From: Vulcanimicrobiota bacterium
GTDB taxonomy: Bacteria > Vulcanimicrobiota > Vulcanimicrobiia > Vulcanimicrobiales > Vulcanimicrobiaceae
Direction of reading: 5' to 3'
Length of the DNA: 64,000 bases
Assembly (NCBI GenBank): GCA_963820825.1
Contig: CAWGBN010000008.1
Location: 416,001-480,000 of the forward strand
Below are positions 63,331 through 64,000 of the stretch, one piece after another. The position numbers and the translations under genes were made by a program. Position 1 is the first letter of the stretch. Every line of letters starts with the position of its first letter. The notes beneath the pieces are model-generated. The model had not been told where the DNA came from. It searched no databases and saw only the letters and a program-made list of their open reading frames with translations.

Positions 63331-64000
63331 ATGCTCTCGAGATCGCCGGTGCGACGCTTGCTCTGTCTGCTTGCCTCGGTCGCGGCGTTCCCGCTCCTCG
63401 CGGCACCCGCACGCGCGTCGGTTCCGCAAACGTTCTCCTTCACGGTAGCCCGCGCGCCGCACCCCTTGCCGCTCGACCCGAGCCTCGCCGATCCGGCATG
63501 GGGCGCCGGGCTCGTGCCGACCGGAAACGGAGCGTGGGAGAACGTGACGACCCGGTCTCCCTCGCGCTTCGCCACGTCGGCCTATCTGCTCTACGACGAC
63601 AAGAATCTCTACGTCGCCTTCAAGGCCGATCAACCCGGCGTGCCGATCGTCGCGGCGCAAACGGCGAACGACACGGGCTTCGGCCTCGATGATTTCGTCG
63701 GTATCGGCGTCGATACGAGCGGAACCGGCAGCCAAGTCTATTACTTCGAGACGACGCCGCGCGGCGTTCGATACGAACAGGCCAATGAGAACACACGCTT
63801 CCGTCCGCGCTGGAGCGCAGCCGGGACGACGGCATCGGGGTCGTGGAGCGCGGTCATGATCGTCCCGCTCGACGTCCTCCGCGTGCCGCGCGGCGGAAAG
63901 CAGACCTGGCGCTTGCAGTTCGTTCGCGGTATCGCGTCGCGCGGCGAACATCTCTCGTGGGTCTGGGATCCGATCATGTCGGACGCGCCGAGCGGCCAGT
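63331..64000 (+). CDS. Secreted CBM9-like/DUF5916-type protein, runs off the window
   Basis: Open from ATG 63331: signal peptide, LD..LADPAW, LLYDDKNLYVAF, DDFVGIGVDT, WSAVMIVPL. Confidence 0.75.
   Translation, partial: MLSRSPVRRLLCLLASVAAFPLLAAPARASVPQTFSFTVARAPHPLPLDPSLADPAWGAGLVPTGNGAWENVTTRSPSRFATSAYLLYDDKNLYVAFKADQPGVPIVAAQTANDTGFGLDDFVGIGVDTSGTGSQVYYFETTPRGVRYEQANENTRFRPRWSAAGTTASGSWSAVMIVPLDVLRVPRGGKQTWRLQFVRGIASRGEHLSWVWDPIMSDAPSGQ

Overview
High-GC bacterial window, about 60 genes. Leaderless TANNNT promoters, a GloVer-type repeat protein and a lipoprotein-rich TonB-receptor operon suggest Ca. Eremiobacterota/Vulcanimicrobiota; this is inference only. Four blocks are visible. (1) 1-28 kb and 49.7-58 kb hold a hypoxia/dormancy-type gene set: ppsA, a phosphate acyltransferase, Zn-ADH, BON, HPF, nitroreductase, PRTase plus erythromycin-esterase, USPs, MacAB-type ABC, ba3 oxidase, cupredoxins, Hsp20 and dienelactone hydrolase. 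Fourteen promoters in these blocks share a TTCnn-N6-TTCnn-N10-TAnnnT architecture. Embedded in the first block are a FixL-like PAS kinase, two receivers, a 58-aa stand-alone His-phosphoacceptor missed by the ORF track, and two OmpR-family regulators with near-identical recognition helices. (2) 28-39 kb is a TonB-dependent receptor / lipoprotein / PstS operon with a LuxR-type regulator. (3) 39.36-39.62 kb is a structured non-coding element with a 72-nt tRNA/tmRNA-like fold carrying the G3-U70 alanine pair, flanked by REP-like repeats. (4) 41-49.7 kb is a poly-HAMP hybrid kinase with CheR and a divergent PP2C-RsbW fusion. Clustered single-base frameshifts (18-19, 21.6-23.9, 41-48.7, 51.2 kb) look like long-read consensus errors rather than pseudogenes. 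No CRISPR, rRNA, transposase or integrase was seen.
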